Shown here one piece after another: positions 38,151 through 50,709 of a DNA stretch of 64,000 bases. The stretch is from Octopus bimaculoides. Lineage: Eukaryota. The notes under the pieces were generated by a model. That model was not told the DNA's origin and did not search any database. It worked only from the letters and a program-made list of their open reading frames with translations. The stretch lies in assembly GCF_001194135.2 (NCBI RefSeq), contig NC_068986.1, forward strand, positions 68,545,992-68,609,991. The letters are read 5' to 3'. The number at the start of each line of letters is the position of its first letter. Position 1 is the first letter of the stretch. The translations under genes were made by a program, and so were the position numbers.

Positions 38151-40493
38151 TATTTTAGTCAAGCTCATCTCAAACCAACTGAGTAAAAACGGTGTTATTT
38201 CCAAAGTGTTACGGGACAAGAATTTAAAAGTCAATTTATCTTTAGTCTAACATCTTGCTTTAGTCATAATGATCTCTGGCTTTTATAAAGAATCTTTGTC
38301 TTTTTTTATTAGCTTAATAAATATTAACTAGATCTCATAGTCAAACACTAGTCTTTAGATTAATATAAAGACTACTGTTGGTTATGAGATGCATTTATAT
38401 AATGGAGGTAAGCTGGCAGACTTGTTAGTACATTAGACAAAATGGTTAGTGGCATTTCTTAAGGCTCTTTACATTCTGATTCTAAATTCTGCTGAGGTCA
38501 ACTTTGTCTTTCATCCTTTCAGGGTCAATAAACTAAGTACCAGTTGTGTACTGGGATCAATGTAATTGACTTATCCCTCTCTCCAGATTACTGGCCTTGT
38601 GTCAAAATTTGAAACCATTTATATAATGGAAGAATGAATGTCTAACATAAGTCATCATCATCATCAACAACATTTAACACCCATTTTCCGTGCCAGCATG
38701 GGTTAGATAACTTGACAGGAGCTGGGGCCACACTAGATTCCATAGTCTGTTTTGACTTGGTTTCTACAGCTGTATGCCCTTCCTCATGCCAATCACTTTA
38801 CAGAGTGTACTGAGTGCTTTTTACATGGCACCAACACCCACACCTATGCTTTTTATGCAGCACTTTGGTTTTAGGATTTCAATTCTGTTAAATAATAAAA
38901 AAAAAAGATTTAACTATGCAAATTAGATTTGAACAAACTGCTAAAATTTTTAACATCAAGTTACATAAACCATTATGAGCTGGTGTTTGTTTTATACATG
39001 CTATTGAGCTGGAAAACAGAAATAAACCTAGAAGAGACATAGCACATGAACCATTTGAATACTTTAGTTCAGTTCATGTGTTTTTGTAAAACTAGTATAA
39101 TTCTTATAACTTTGTAATGTAACTTTAAAAGCTTACATAACATTTCTGTTTTTTTAAGATCAGTGAACACCATTAAAAAATCGATCTAGTAATATCATTT
39201 CTTAATGTGAACTTTCTTTAATTAGAGAATTAAAATTGGCTTTGAATGAACTAAAAACCATTGTAGATTTTTATGTAACAGGTGAGGGGTAAACATTTTA
39301 TTATAGACTGAACTGATCAATAATTTCAGAATCCCTCAAAATTACATGTATTCAGTAATTTTTTAACATGCTATTTGATGAAGATTCATCTTAACTAACG
39401 CTACATGAAGTGAATATAATGTTAACTTTCCCAGGCCAATTTATATTAATTAATCTATGCATGTGTGTGTGGAAGGGAGCTATCAAAGCTTCTAAATCAA
39501 AATAGAATAAATATGATTTTTTTTTTTAATAAACAGTTTATGTAATAACCTTTCATTGCAAATTTCATGATTTTTGATAGAGTAAAGGACACTTTACATC
39601 TTTCTTTTTATCTAATTCATTCAAAACCAAATTTAATTATGAAATTAATTAAAGCTCGTGTGAAGGAATAGTGTAGTGAAAATTTTATGATGAGGTTTAC
39701 TGATCATGTTATATAAGCTTTTATGAGCTGCATTGCAAAGTTTCAATGAATACTATCCTAGTTTTACAAAAACACCTACACTGAAAAGAGGCTAAAGATA
39801 TTTTTCTTTCATTTTTTTTTTTATTATTATTATTTCAGCTATTACTATGGAAAGATTAACAGTAGCAGTAGTAAAATAAAGTTAAAGAAGCCCACCAGTC
39901 ATACATGATCATGGGATTGGTTTGGTTCATTCTATATGCAGTAACTGTGGACAGTAGCTCAAATTGATTAACATGGACAAGAGGTGTCTTTTCAGATAAA
40001 TTTCATTTTCAGGTGTGACTGTGTGGTTAAGAAAACTGCTTCCCAACCACATGCTTATGGGTTCAGTCCCACTGTGTATTCACTGGGTAAGTGTCAATGG
40101 TAGGTTGAAACTGATAGAAACATGTCCTCTATATAGATGACCACCCAAATAAATACATGTGCTTGAAAAGTTGAACAACAAAAGTGCTTACACACAAAAT
40201 ACACCTGATACAAAAAGTTTTTCCCCAAAGATTCATGACGTTTTTTTTAAAACATTTTTAGAATAATTAATAGCTTTTAAGAAAACCTTTCTTTAAATAT
40301 TGTGACTGTGTTAAATATATTTTTCAAAAACTTCTAAATATATAAAGTTAGGAGGTATGAGATTAAAATATTTCACCAGTTGATATCCATAAGATTACAA
40401 TGGTTTCACAGCCAACATCATGAAAAAATAATTAATTTTAATGTATAATAAATCATTTTACATATCTGCACTAGTCTATATGTTATAAATTAC

Positions 40494-40503
40494 CTAGTAC
40501 CAT
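40494..40503 (-). CDS. Candidate start exon (ATG GTA CTA G, giving MVLV)
   Basis: acaATGG context and AG|gtaatt donor give the phase 1 needed by the 37306 exon. It is only 10 nt, homologues start MVDRL, and the true exon could lie in a gap or outside the window. Confidence 0.3.
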
Positions 40504-40852
40504 TGTACATTTTACAAGCCAATACAGGTATAGAAGGCTAGCTCATCAGATCTATAGAATATCATGGTTACATCCATTCTTCAACTCCAATATACACATA
40601 CAAAAAAGTCATCTTTGAAATAATAATGTATGGAAGACAGTAATGGTTAAAAAAGTTGTGTAAAGAGATTTAGTAAGATATATTCTATATACTTCTAATG
40701 AAATAATAACTGATTAGATTTAAGGGATTTCAACTGCATAGACCTATACATTACACCCCAATGTATTAGTTTACTATGTAGTTTGTAGCCTGATCTACTA
40801 AAGGAGTTTATTTGTGAGTACCACCAGATTAAATAAATACATATATTGTGCA

Positions 40853-40893
<41 letters not shown>

Positions 40894-41397
40894 TACCTCC
40901 TCTCCTAATATCTGATGTGATGGATGTGTCCTTGTGCCACAAAAGTCATATTAAGCTGAATCAAACTGTTATTGTGTGTGTGTGTGCGTGCGTGCGTTTC
41001 CTTGTTTTGACATTGTATGATAGTTGTAAATGAGTGTCACTGGTATACAAGCAGTGTCATTTAGAAATGATATTTCTGGTATTGATTCCAAATAGTGGAG
41101 ATATACACCTGCTTCAGAATTAGCACATATTATATACTTCACAAGAGAGACTTTGCTTTGAGCAATGATTTTCATAGATTTTGTTTATTAAAAATTTTGT
41201 GCAATAAATTGGTTATACTTCTCCAATACACATAATATTTTTCTTAAAATACAATTTGTAATAATATTTGATTATAAAAATATAAGGTTTTTTTAAGCAT
41301 TGACTGACTCTGAGGGTGCACCCAAGTAAAATAGGAATCAAAGGGGTTCATAGCTAAAAAAAATGGTTGAGGGCCACTGGTTTAGAGAAAGTAACTC

Positions 41398-41445
<48 letters not shown>

Positions 41446-41599
41446 GTGTATGAGCATACCAGGTTAGAACATGTCATATTTGGTGTCATTCACATCTGAT
41501 GCTTTCTATCATCTAAACATGTGACATTCAAATTGCACCAAACAAGAAACAAGATTGTCAGAAGGGAAAAAAGATATATCAAGCACTTTATGTAGTGTT

Positions 41600-42960
41600 C
41601 ATGTATAATCATTAACTGAGAAAGGCTTGATCTTTCCTTCTCCAGTTTCCAAAGAATTCACTGACTGGGTCAACCAGTGAATGGATGGAATCCAACCAGG
41701 GCTGATGCAGCTTAAAAGCCATAGTGGCTATAGAGGCGTCAAGAGTGCAAACTTTGTTACCGCAACTGGTGAGGAAGAGAAGAGGGGCCATAAACTTCTC
41801 TGCACATCCTATGCTGGTGCATATCTTTATAACCACATCTGCTGGAACCAACATGGAAGTTTATAGTAGTGACTGGTGAAAATGCTTCTGAACATATTTT
41901 GAGCGTAAAAATAACCAGATGTTTACTTCTTCATGACCATAATAGCATGGCTTTACCACTCTACAGTTATTTGAAAGGGAATGACATTCTTTCCCATATG
42001 CTATGTATGATCCATTCTCAACAAATGTCAGAAGATTTATGAGTTACATGAGGTACAAAATAGATTTTACTTGTTCCTTGTGGTCAGCTATTTTCAATAC
42101 TTTCTCTAAAAAAAACCTCTGCAAGAAAATAGAAGATCACAGGTGCAAAGGACGAGTGTAGCTGTTTTAAAACAATCATCCCATCAATCATCCAAATACA
42201 TTTTGTAGTTATTAAGTCTACAGCTTTATTTTCCACAGCTGAATGATGTCTTAGCCTTAACCCAGAGAAGTTAAGAGTACCAAACCAAGACAATAAGACA
42301 TGAGGTATTTAATATTAATATTCTGCAACTTTGTGATGTAAACCTACTTTGGAAGCAATCTCCTACTATGTTTCATGTTACTGCCTTCTTTCAATTTTTG
42401 TCTTCCTTTTTATTTCTTTAAATATTGCAAGATTCTGATGCTGATTGGGTCAAAGAAGGCATTGCTTCCATGTTGCAATCTTTATTTACATTGTTACTAT
42501 GAAAGGAAGCAACAGTACTGACACCAGCTTCTGCTTCCAACATGTCTTGCTTCACTTTATAAGGAGCAACAATACTTGAAGACAAATGTACCTGCAACAT
42601 TAAATTGATTGCATATGCTACATATTGGATCAATGACATCTTCTATATGCTTCACATCATGTTTGATTCTACTGTGGTCTAGATATTTTCTGAGTCTTGA
42701 TCTTCTTTTTTGTTATTCTGTTTTGCATGTATTTATTTGAACAGTAGAATATACTTCCTCAGGAAACATCTGATGTTTCCTTCACTCTATTCATCTGCTC
42801 TTGACACCTGATTGCAGCTTACATTTTCTTAGTGATTTTTTAATATCCTGGACAGTAACTAGTTCATCATCTAGTTAGCTCATGGCAGTTCCCACATCTG
42901 CTCAATGACAACAAAATGTAACATCAAAGAATGAGGTATTACAAAAATGCATTGCATTAA
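41600..42960 (-). pseudogene. Heavily decayed ORF relic with FEN1/XPG (PIN-like) nuclease-like motifs, probably transposon-derived
   Basis: Ordered fragments across frames: WMIDGMIVLKQL (42159-42194), GHEEVNIWLFL (41903-41938), MLVPADVVIKI and LLFLTSCGNKV...TMAFKL (41705-41790). Resemblance is from memory of DG / HEEAD / DTDV / TGCD motifs; no search was run. Confidence 0.35.
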
Positions 42961-44045
42961 GTGGAAAACTATGATTCTGTCAAGAGAAGTGGGGAGGCAA
43001 GTGAATGCAATTCAATATATCAGGAATTCAATTGAGTACATTTAAGAAAAATAAAGTTAAAATACTTGGTATTGCATATTAAAAATGAGAAAAATTTAAT
43101 GCATAAAACTCTTAAGTTTTTTGTTCTTAACAAGAAAAACTGACAAATAACAAAATACTGAAATCATTTTTCAGTATTTTTCAATAATATTATAGTAATA
43201 TTCTTGTTTCAATTTACTATGCAATTGCATTGTTCTTACCTGAAAATAAAAAACGAAAACACTTCTTCACAGTTTGTGCTTAGATTTAAGAGAATGAAAG
43301 ACAGTCATCATGCAATACTGACTCATTACCAAGCTAATATAGCAGAGATCAGAATGAAATACACATCAAGGTTACAATATTGTTTTTTGTAAACAAAATT
43401 ATGTTCATGATTAGGAAACAGATGTTTATAAAAAAAACATTTCTAAATTATGCTTTTGTACCCAGTCATACCTGATTATTGTTTTTTATCTGTCTTATTT
43501 TCTACATTATGAACAGTTTTGTTGTTATTGTGGTCTAGGTATCAATTTCACTGCCTCTGAAATTAAATTTCAATCAAGTTGTAAAGTTGCATTGCACGTT
43601 GTACAAAAACTAGACAACTTTCTTCAAGGCTGTGTTGTCTGAAAACAACATATTGGCAATGGTGATTGGTCAATTGCAGTCAATCTTGTGATGGTGTTGC
43701 AGACTGGCTAAAAAGCATGATTCCTAATGAAAATACAAAATCCAAACCAATTACAGCATGAAAGATACATCTTAGCCATGCAAAAATTTAACTTCACTTA
43801 AATATTTATTATTTGTTATTTGGTGTCAAACTTTTCATTGCACTGCAACCTGGTCACTGACAAGATTACACTGCAGTATAATGTATAAGTGGCAGTAACA
43901 TTCTTTGTGTGTTTTTGAATAGCTATTGTGTCTTCCACATTGGTTTGGCTTCAACATGCAGTCTCAGATCAAATCACTTGCTCGACGAGTACACCTCTAA
44001 AACGGAAACTAAGAAACAACAGAAAATCTTAGGTTTTCACAACTA

Positions 44046-45307
44046 TCAGCTCATTAAGAATGAAATGACCAATTTTGAACTAAAAGTGTATTTTACTTTA
44101 TCTCAAGAAAAAACAATGCAGTTAACCAAAGTATGCACCTAAATTATCAACTCAATTTTGCTAATTTATCGGTAGCTTATTTATGCCAGCAGGGAAGAAT
44201 TCTGGAGAGCAAAAAGTAATGAAGTTTTTTCCTTGCCAAAAAGCTGTCTAATGCCTGGAAAACATGATAGTCAGTTGGTGCAAGGTAGGGTAAATAAGGT
44301 GGATGACAGAATACTTCCAAGTTCAGTTCCTGTAACTTAAGTAGTGTTCTTTGTGCAACATGTGGTTGAGCTGTGTCTTGAGCATTGTCTTGCAAGAGAA
44401 TTGGCCTGCTTCTATTGACCAATATTGGTTGGTTAATTGCAAGTTCACTCATCATTTCATCCAATTGGTTGATGTATACATCTGCTGTAATTGATTTACC
44501 AGGTCTTATGAAGTTGTAGTGGATGACACTAGTGCTGGACTACCAAACAGATGCCATTAGCTTTTTTTTTTTGGTGAATATTCTTTTTGGATTGTGTTTT
44601 GGCATTTCATCTCTATCCAACCACCATGCAGAACGCTTGCTATTGTTGAAAAGTATCCATTTTTCTTCACACCTAACAATACGTTGCAAAAATGGTTCAC
44701 TTTTAAGCTGTGACAGTAAAGAATAGCAAGTTTCAAGACAATGTGTCATTTGATGCTCGTTCAGTTCATGTGGTACCCACTTGTCCAGCTTCTTTACCTT
44801 GCCGATTTGTTTCAGATGGTCCAATTCAGTTGGAATCGAAACATCAAACCTTGCTGCTAATTCATGCGTAGTTTGAGGTGTATCCGCTTCCACTACAGTT
44901 TCCAGCTCATCATTATCCACCTTGGTCTCAGATGTACCATGGTGCTGGTTTTCGAGAGTAAAGTCACCAAACCGGAACTTCTCAAACCATTGACATACAA
45001 TGCACACATTTGCCTTATCTTCATCAAACACCTCACTGATGTTTTGAGCTGTCTGGGATGCATTGGTCCCATGATGGAACTCATACTCATAAACAATATG
45101 AATTTTTTATCTATCCATGGGTTCACAAAAATTGATTTGCAAGAGAAAACTCACAATATAATCAGACACCATGAATTGCATTTTGAAAAGTGATGGTGTA
45201 ACTCTTCAATGTTGTAAGACAAAGAATTGTCAGGATAAAACGTTAGAGTTAATGACTGTCAAACTTGGTGCATAAGAAAATTGGACGTTTCATTCTTAAT
45301 GACCTGA
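44046..45307 (-). mobile_element. Mariner (Tc1/mariner, DD34D-type) transposon with decayed transposase
   Basis: TIRs tcag(g/c)tcattaagaatgaaa..caattt with TA TSDs at 44044-45 and 45308-09; 1262 bp. Frameshifted ORF pieces include WFEKFRFGDFTLE, KKLDKWVPHEL, RIVRCEEKWI, LLQDNA and HPPYLPYLAPTDYH. Confidence 0.95.
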
Positions 45308-46150
45308 TATTATCAACAAGCATAATCAGCTCTGAGATACATATATATTTCAGGAATTAAGTATAAATTAAATTGTCCCCAGCATTGTTGAACAAAACAA
45401 CAATTTAATGTTGGATGCAAAATGACCAATAGGAGCAAACTGGTACTTACAATTCCTATTTCAAACAAGTGTATCATATATAAGAAATATAATATTTACC
45501 ATTATGTAGCAATAGTAATTAATATAACTTTCTTTTCAAGTCATCCCCACAGTTAGCATGTTTTAAATCTGCCAAACTTACAATTGCTTCATAACTTTTA
45601 AATATATATTTAACTGTTCTAGCTGCAAACAATCTTATCTCTGAGTTAAAGCACAAAGAAAAGAAACTTAACTAGTAATTGGATGCTATTTTTGTTACAT
45701 GCTAATTACAAATAGATCCTGATTTAAGATTAAAAAGATAATGATTTAATTGTAAAATCCATACTTCAAAGCTATATGAATTGATGAGCATGGTGGGAAT
45801 GTAAAAGGAGAGGAAGAAAATATTCTATATTAATGATTTCCAAACTTATTTAGTTGCAGCACTCAAAGAGAAAATAATATTTTGATGTAAAGTCAAAAGA
45901 TAAATCAAAAAAAGATATTTTTAGTCAATGAAGATAATTTAAACTACAAAAAAATATTAATTGCTTCTTTATTCATTAAATGAAATTAATTTTACTAATG
46001 TGAATAATGAGCTTGATTATATATTTTGGCAATGTTTGCTATGTTAGCTATATTTGAGGTATACATACTGTCAGACCTCATTTCATCTTCAATGCAATGA
46101 GCCTCTCTCTCTCAATTTACTTCAGTCTGTTTGGCTGTATCTCCCCCCTA

Positions 46151-46190
<40 letters not shown>

Positions 46191-47279
46191 TTTAATGTTA
46201 GTGAATGCAAAATCTCCTTAGTATTTTCACAACATGCCAAACTACACATTGTGACAGTTTATCATTTGGGAACCACTTCAACATTTTCAACTTCTTTAAC
46301 TATATATATATAAGTTTGCATAGCATGTAAATCCACAAAATATATCACGTCAACCTTCCAAATGAGTATCAAAAAAATTTCTTTCTAACTCTTTATTATA
46401 CATTTTTCATTTGTCACATCAAACTTCCTGCATATATATCCTTCCACTAGAAAGCAGGTTACCTATTTTATGAAAAAGAATTGAGTATTTCAAAGTCTGA
46501 CAAGATTAAAATATATACTGGGTCGTCAGCTGTATTTGCCAAAACACTCAAAATAATATTAGTCAGTTACTAATAATGTTCTTTTATCAATGTAGATTTT
46601 GTTTTCTAGTTATCTTTTTATGTTTCCTGCATCAAAGCTATAAACACTTAGCTATTATTTTTATATAGTTATGCTCTAAATATGAATATTCCTAGTTTCT
46701 TATGCCTAGAAGTGAAAATTATTGTATAAAAAAAAGTAGTGTGAAGTGCTCGGTTCACCGAGGAGACCTAATAAGATTGAAACATGTCTACAGTTGTTTC
46801 TGGTACAGTCCAAAAGACTAAAACTAATATGAGACAATAACTAATACATTTTTTCTTTACTATGTCTTTTCTAGTTAGCTTAATAAAGGTTCCTGTATAA
46901 AATATGTCAACACAATCCTAACAATAACAATATTAGTACAGAGAACATTCAACTAAAGGATAAGAATACATTCAATCAGTGACAAAAATCAACAAAAAAA
47001 AAAGATGATAATTGTCCAAAGTGCATCAAAATTGCCATAATCATGATAATTTAGGTGAACAAAAGAACTTAATTGTATCTGGTAACAAATATTTCATTAT
47101 ATATTTTAATTCTTTACAGTAACTACAATAAAACGGAAAACCAAATGTCTTTGCAGTGTGGACTCTGTTTTAAAGAGTTCTGAATCCTTTAGCTTTTTTT
47201 TTTTTTTTTTTTTTTTTTCTTTTTGTGAGGGGTTAATGCATAAAACTACTGCAAAGTGTTGGTATTTGTAACAATATTT

Positions 47280-47483
47280 GTGCTGTCTTTAGCATGCTTG
47301 AAGTCAAGACACTGTGACTTCAGGTCTTCCTCAATTTGTTTCATCCATGTCTTCTTATTGACCGTTGTAAATGAGTTGCAGTTGTAGGAGCAGTGGTAGT
47401 AAAATCCCTATCTTGTAACCAGAGGGGGAGGCTGTCCTCTCAACCAATACACTGCTGTGGGTGCCACTGGATGATGGATTCTG
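47280..47483 (-). repeat. 204-bp perfect inverted copy of 47810-48013
   Basis: Base-by-base reading shows no mismatch over 204 bp; spacer 326 bp. Confidence 0.92.
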
Positions 47484-48135
47484 CTCAATCTGGTAAGTTT
47501 TCTAAAAGCAACACCTCATTTTATTACAACAACAACGACATCTAAGAAAAATGGCAGCAGCCAACCATTGAAGACCAAATCCAGCAGCACAGGTTACAGT
47601 GGTTTGGCCATGTCTGCGAGATGAGTACTGGATGACTACCACACCAACTTTTGTGGTGGCAGTGAACCACGCACTAGAGAATCCAGTGCAGTGCACCAAA
47701 GAAGACATAGGTGAAAAATGTTGAGGAAGACCTGAAGTCAAAAAGCCTTAACCTCAAGCATGCTAAGGCCAGTGCCATGGACTGGAAAGCATAGAATAAA
47801 CATTATCACCAGAATCCATCATCCAGTGGCACCCACAGCAGTGTATTGGTTGAGAGGACAGCCTCCCCCTCTGGTTACAAGATAGGGATTTTACTACCAC
47901 TGCTCCTACAACTGCAACTCATTTACAACGGTCAATAAGAAGACATGGATGAAACAAATTGAGGAAGACCTGAAGTCACAGTGTCTTGACTTCAAGCATG
48001 CTAAAGACAGCACCATGGATTGGAAAGCATGGAATAACATCATCACCAGAGTCCATCATTCAGTAGCATCCACAAAAGCATATTTTGGTTGAAAGGACAG
48101 CATCCCACTCTGGTCGCCAGCTAAGGATTTTACTT
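47484..48135 (+). mobile_element. RTE-clade LINE 3' end with a tandemly duplicated terminus
   Basis: Translates QPTIEDQIQQHRLQWFGHVCEM...APKKT*VKNVEEDLK...AMDWKA, the RTE C-terminal pattern. The terminal about 180 bp occurs twice (about 47722-47900 and 47960-48135). Confidence 0.8.
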
Positions 48136-49724
48136 ACTTACATGTGTGTAACTCATTATGTCTGGACAGAGAAAACACTGTGTCTAACAAGATAATCTTT
48201 CAAGAACTAGTATATATGCTCTCTCGTCCATTTTATACAAGAGTGTCAAGTGATAGCAATTGCATTTAACTGTAAGGGTTCTCATTCAACAAACATTAAA
48301 CATTTTCATTAACAGTTGTATATAACAAAAACTTGTTTGTACAGATAAAACAACTAAGTGGTACTTAACCAAATGAACAGAAATCACAAAACCAACAGGT
48401 TAGCAGATAACTGGCCAAGAGGTTATTTACTATCTCATGCCATGTCACTAGTGTAGAGACATTGCAGAGTAGTAACAACCACAGTTAATGCCAGCAATAG
48501 CAATATTGTAAAACTAACAAGTGTTTCAATTGCTTGTAGGACTGAATACAGTTTTATTAATAGACAGAGAAGGGTGAAGCTTTTTAAGCTGCCTTGTTCC
48601 AGATACCTATAGGAAAAACTTGGGCAGTCCTTTTCTAGTAGTGGGCCTATTGTGTTATTGTGTGCATTATAACTCAGCCAATGCCACTAAAAAAAATGAT
48701 TCAATAAGCAATGTATGTAATACACTCTATAATTACACTAAGCAAATAAAAGAGAGCGAGAGAAATGAAACTGTTCAAATTAATAGAGGAAGGCCTAAAC
48801 GTTTTGTTTAAATTTAAATAAAATATTATTTTTATATAATTATGATGTACTACACAAAAAAATCAGAGCTACAAGTAACTTTTTAGTACTGTAGGCTGCC
48901 CATGCCTTCTGTAGATGTGGAATTTTATAATCAGTTGTTCCATAACTACGCTGTGCACACTGAGATGGTTAGGCAAGCTGGTAGAATCATTACCATGCCA
49001 GTTAAAGTGCTTAGCTGCATTCCCTCCATCTTTATGTTCTGAGTTCAAATTCTGCCAAGGCTGACTTTAACTTTCAGAATAGCTAAAATAAGTACCAGTT
49101 TAACACAGGGGTCAACATATCCGACTTATCCCCTTCTCCTGAAATTGCTGGACTTGTGCCAGAATCTGAAATCAATAATACACATGATTGTAGAAGAACT
49201 GGTGATAAGCCCTCGTATAGTTCTTCAAACTCATTCCTCATCATACAAATATATTTTGTAGTTCTTTGTGGGGAGGGGACAGGAACAGAGTTGCTGATTA
49301 AAAAGTCTAGGATAATCCTCATTTTAATAACAATTAAAACAAGTTATAAAACTTTGTCATCAGCTAATTAAGTAACCAAATTTAAAGATAAAATAAACAA
49401 ATAAAATCCCTGTCAAGCATGTACATTATTATTTAAGAATGCAGTCAATGCTGCAAGTATGAGTAGAACTAATTCCTATCTATTGCCATTTATGGCTGAA
49501 GAGTAAAGTTTTATTTAAAATGAGGAGAAAAAGTGAGAGTGTAGTTTCAGAATGTAATGAGTCATCAAGCAAAATAAGATTTCAATCAATTACTTTGGAT
49601 TTAAGAGGTTAACAATAGAATGGGAACAGAAAGTATAGTGTGGAGAAGTTGACATATTTATAACAAATTATTAAGCTGAAAAATTATATAAAAAGAAAAA
49701 AGAAATAACTAGAGATAGAAATTC

Positions 49725-49769
<45 letters not shown>

Positions 49770-50709
49770 AATTTAGTGGTGGGTTGTTGCACTAGAGTGG
49801 ATATGTTGCATTTAGTGCAGATATGAGTAGTGTTCTGGATTGGTTGTGTCATAGTATTTGTAACAGCGAGATGAGTCAACTGAAATTTTGAACTAATGAC
49901 AGAGCCTCTATAAAGTTGCTTGTATTGGTAGAAATAGAAAACTAGGCTTCTTTGAATAACAAACACCCTACTGTAGAATATGTTGAATAATGTATTCTTA
50001 TATATACTGTCAGAATATGGGATGGGACAGTCTTTGATTGCAAGGTAGCTTAATCAGGGCTGACTTGAGGTTGAACAACAACAGCAACAGCAAAAGAATT
50101 CTATAAGTTATAGTTGAAAATAAATAAATCTATCTGTCATTTGTTGACCTAGAAGTAGAAAAGGTTTTCAATGGGCAATCAGAATGCTTGATGTGATATG
50201 GATGAATGGCTCATTAGAGCAGTTCAGGAATTGTACAAAGCTGACAAAAGCAGAGTCAAGATTACAAGTCAACAGAAAAGCTGAACCCAAATGTGAAATC
50301 AACTGGTCAAAGAGATATATGAAAGAGAATTAATTATGTTAATATGGATGTGTAATATAAACAAATGACAAACACTGAATGGTAGAGGCACATGCAACAC
50401 ATGTAGACCAAGAAAGACTTGGTCAGTAGTGCAGTTTAATCATGCTTCCCAAATGAACTGACCCAGGATAAGGATACTTAGAGAGATAGCCAACTCATAG
50501 CAGCAGGGGAAAATAAATGTTAAAACGATGATAATGAGATGATTGCATTATATTTTTGTTTATGAAGTAACTATGGATTAAGCAATTCAATTTACAAAAA
50601 TTTAATCCAAGCTTATACTTCCATTAACAGAAGAACTTCTATAAGAGTATTAACTTAAAAAATAAAATTCAGGAAAAATCTCAAATAAGATCTAGACATT
50701 TTGAAACTA

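Noticed and set aside
39701-39707. Alternative start exon ATGATCA|gtaaac
   Set aside because: Phase fits, but the donor is weak and there is no similarity to Phafin N-termini; likely chance.
44540-45031. 163-aa mariner ORF as a domesticated (SETMAR-like) gene
   Set aside because: Surrounding transposase is frameshifted and deleted, TIRs and TSDs are intact, and no fusion exon is seen.
46455-46485. Second AG|GT ratchet-like site (ttctttttcataaaatag|gtaacc)
   Set aside because: Purine run interrupts the tract before the AG and the donor is weaker; within chance expectation in AT-rich DNA.
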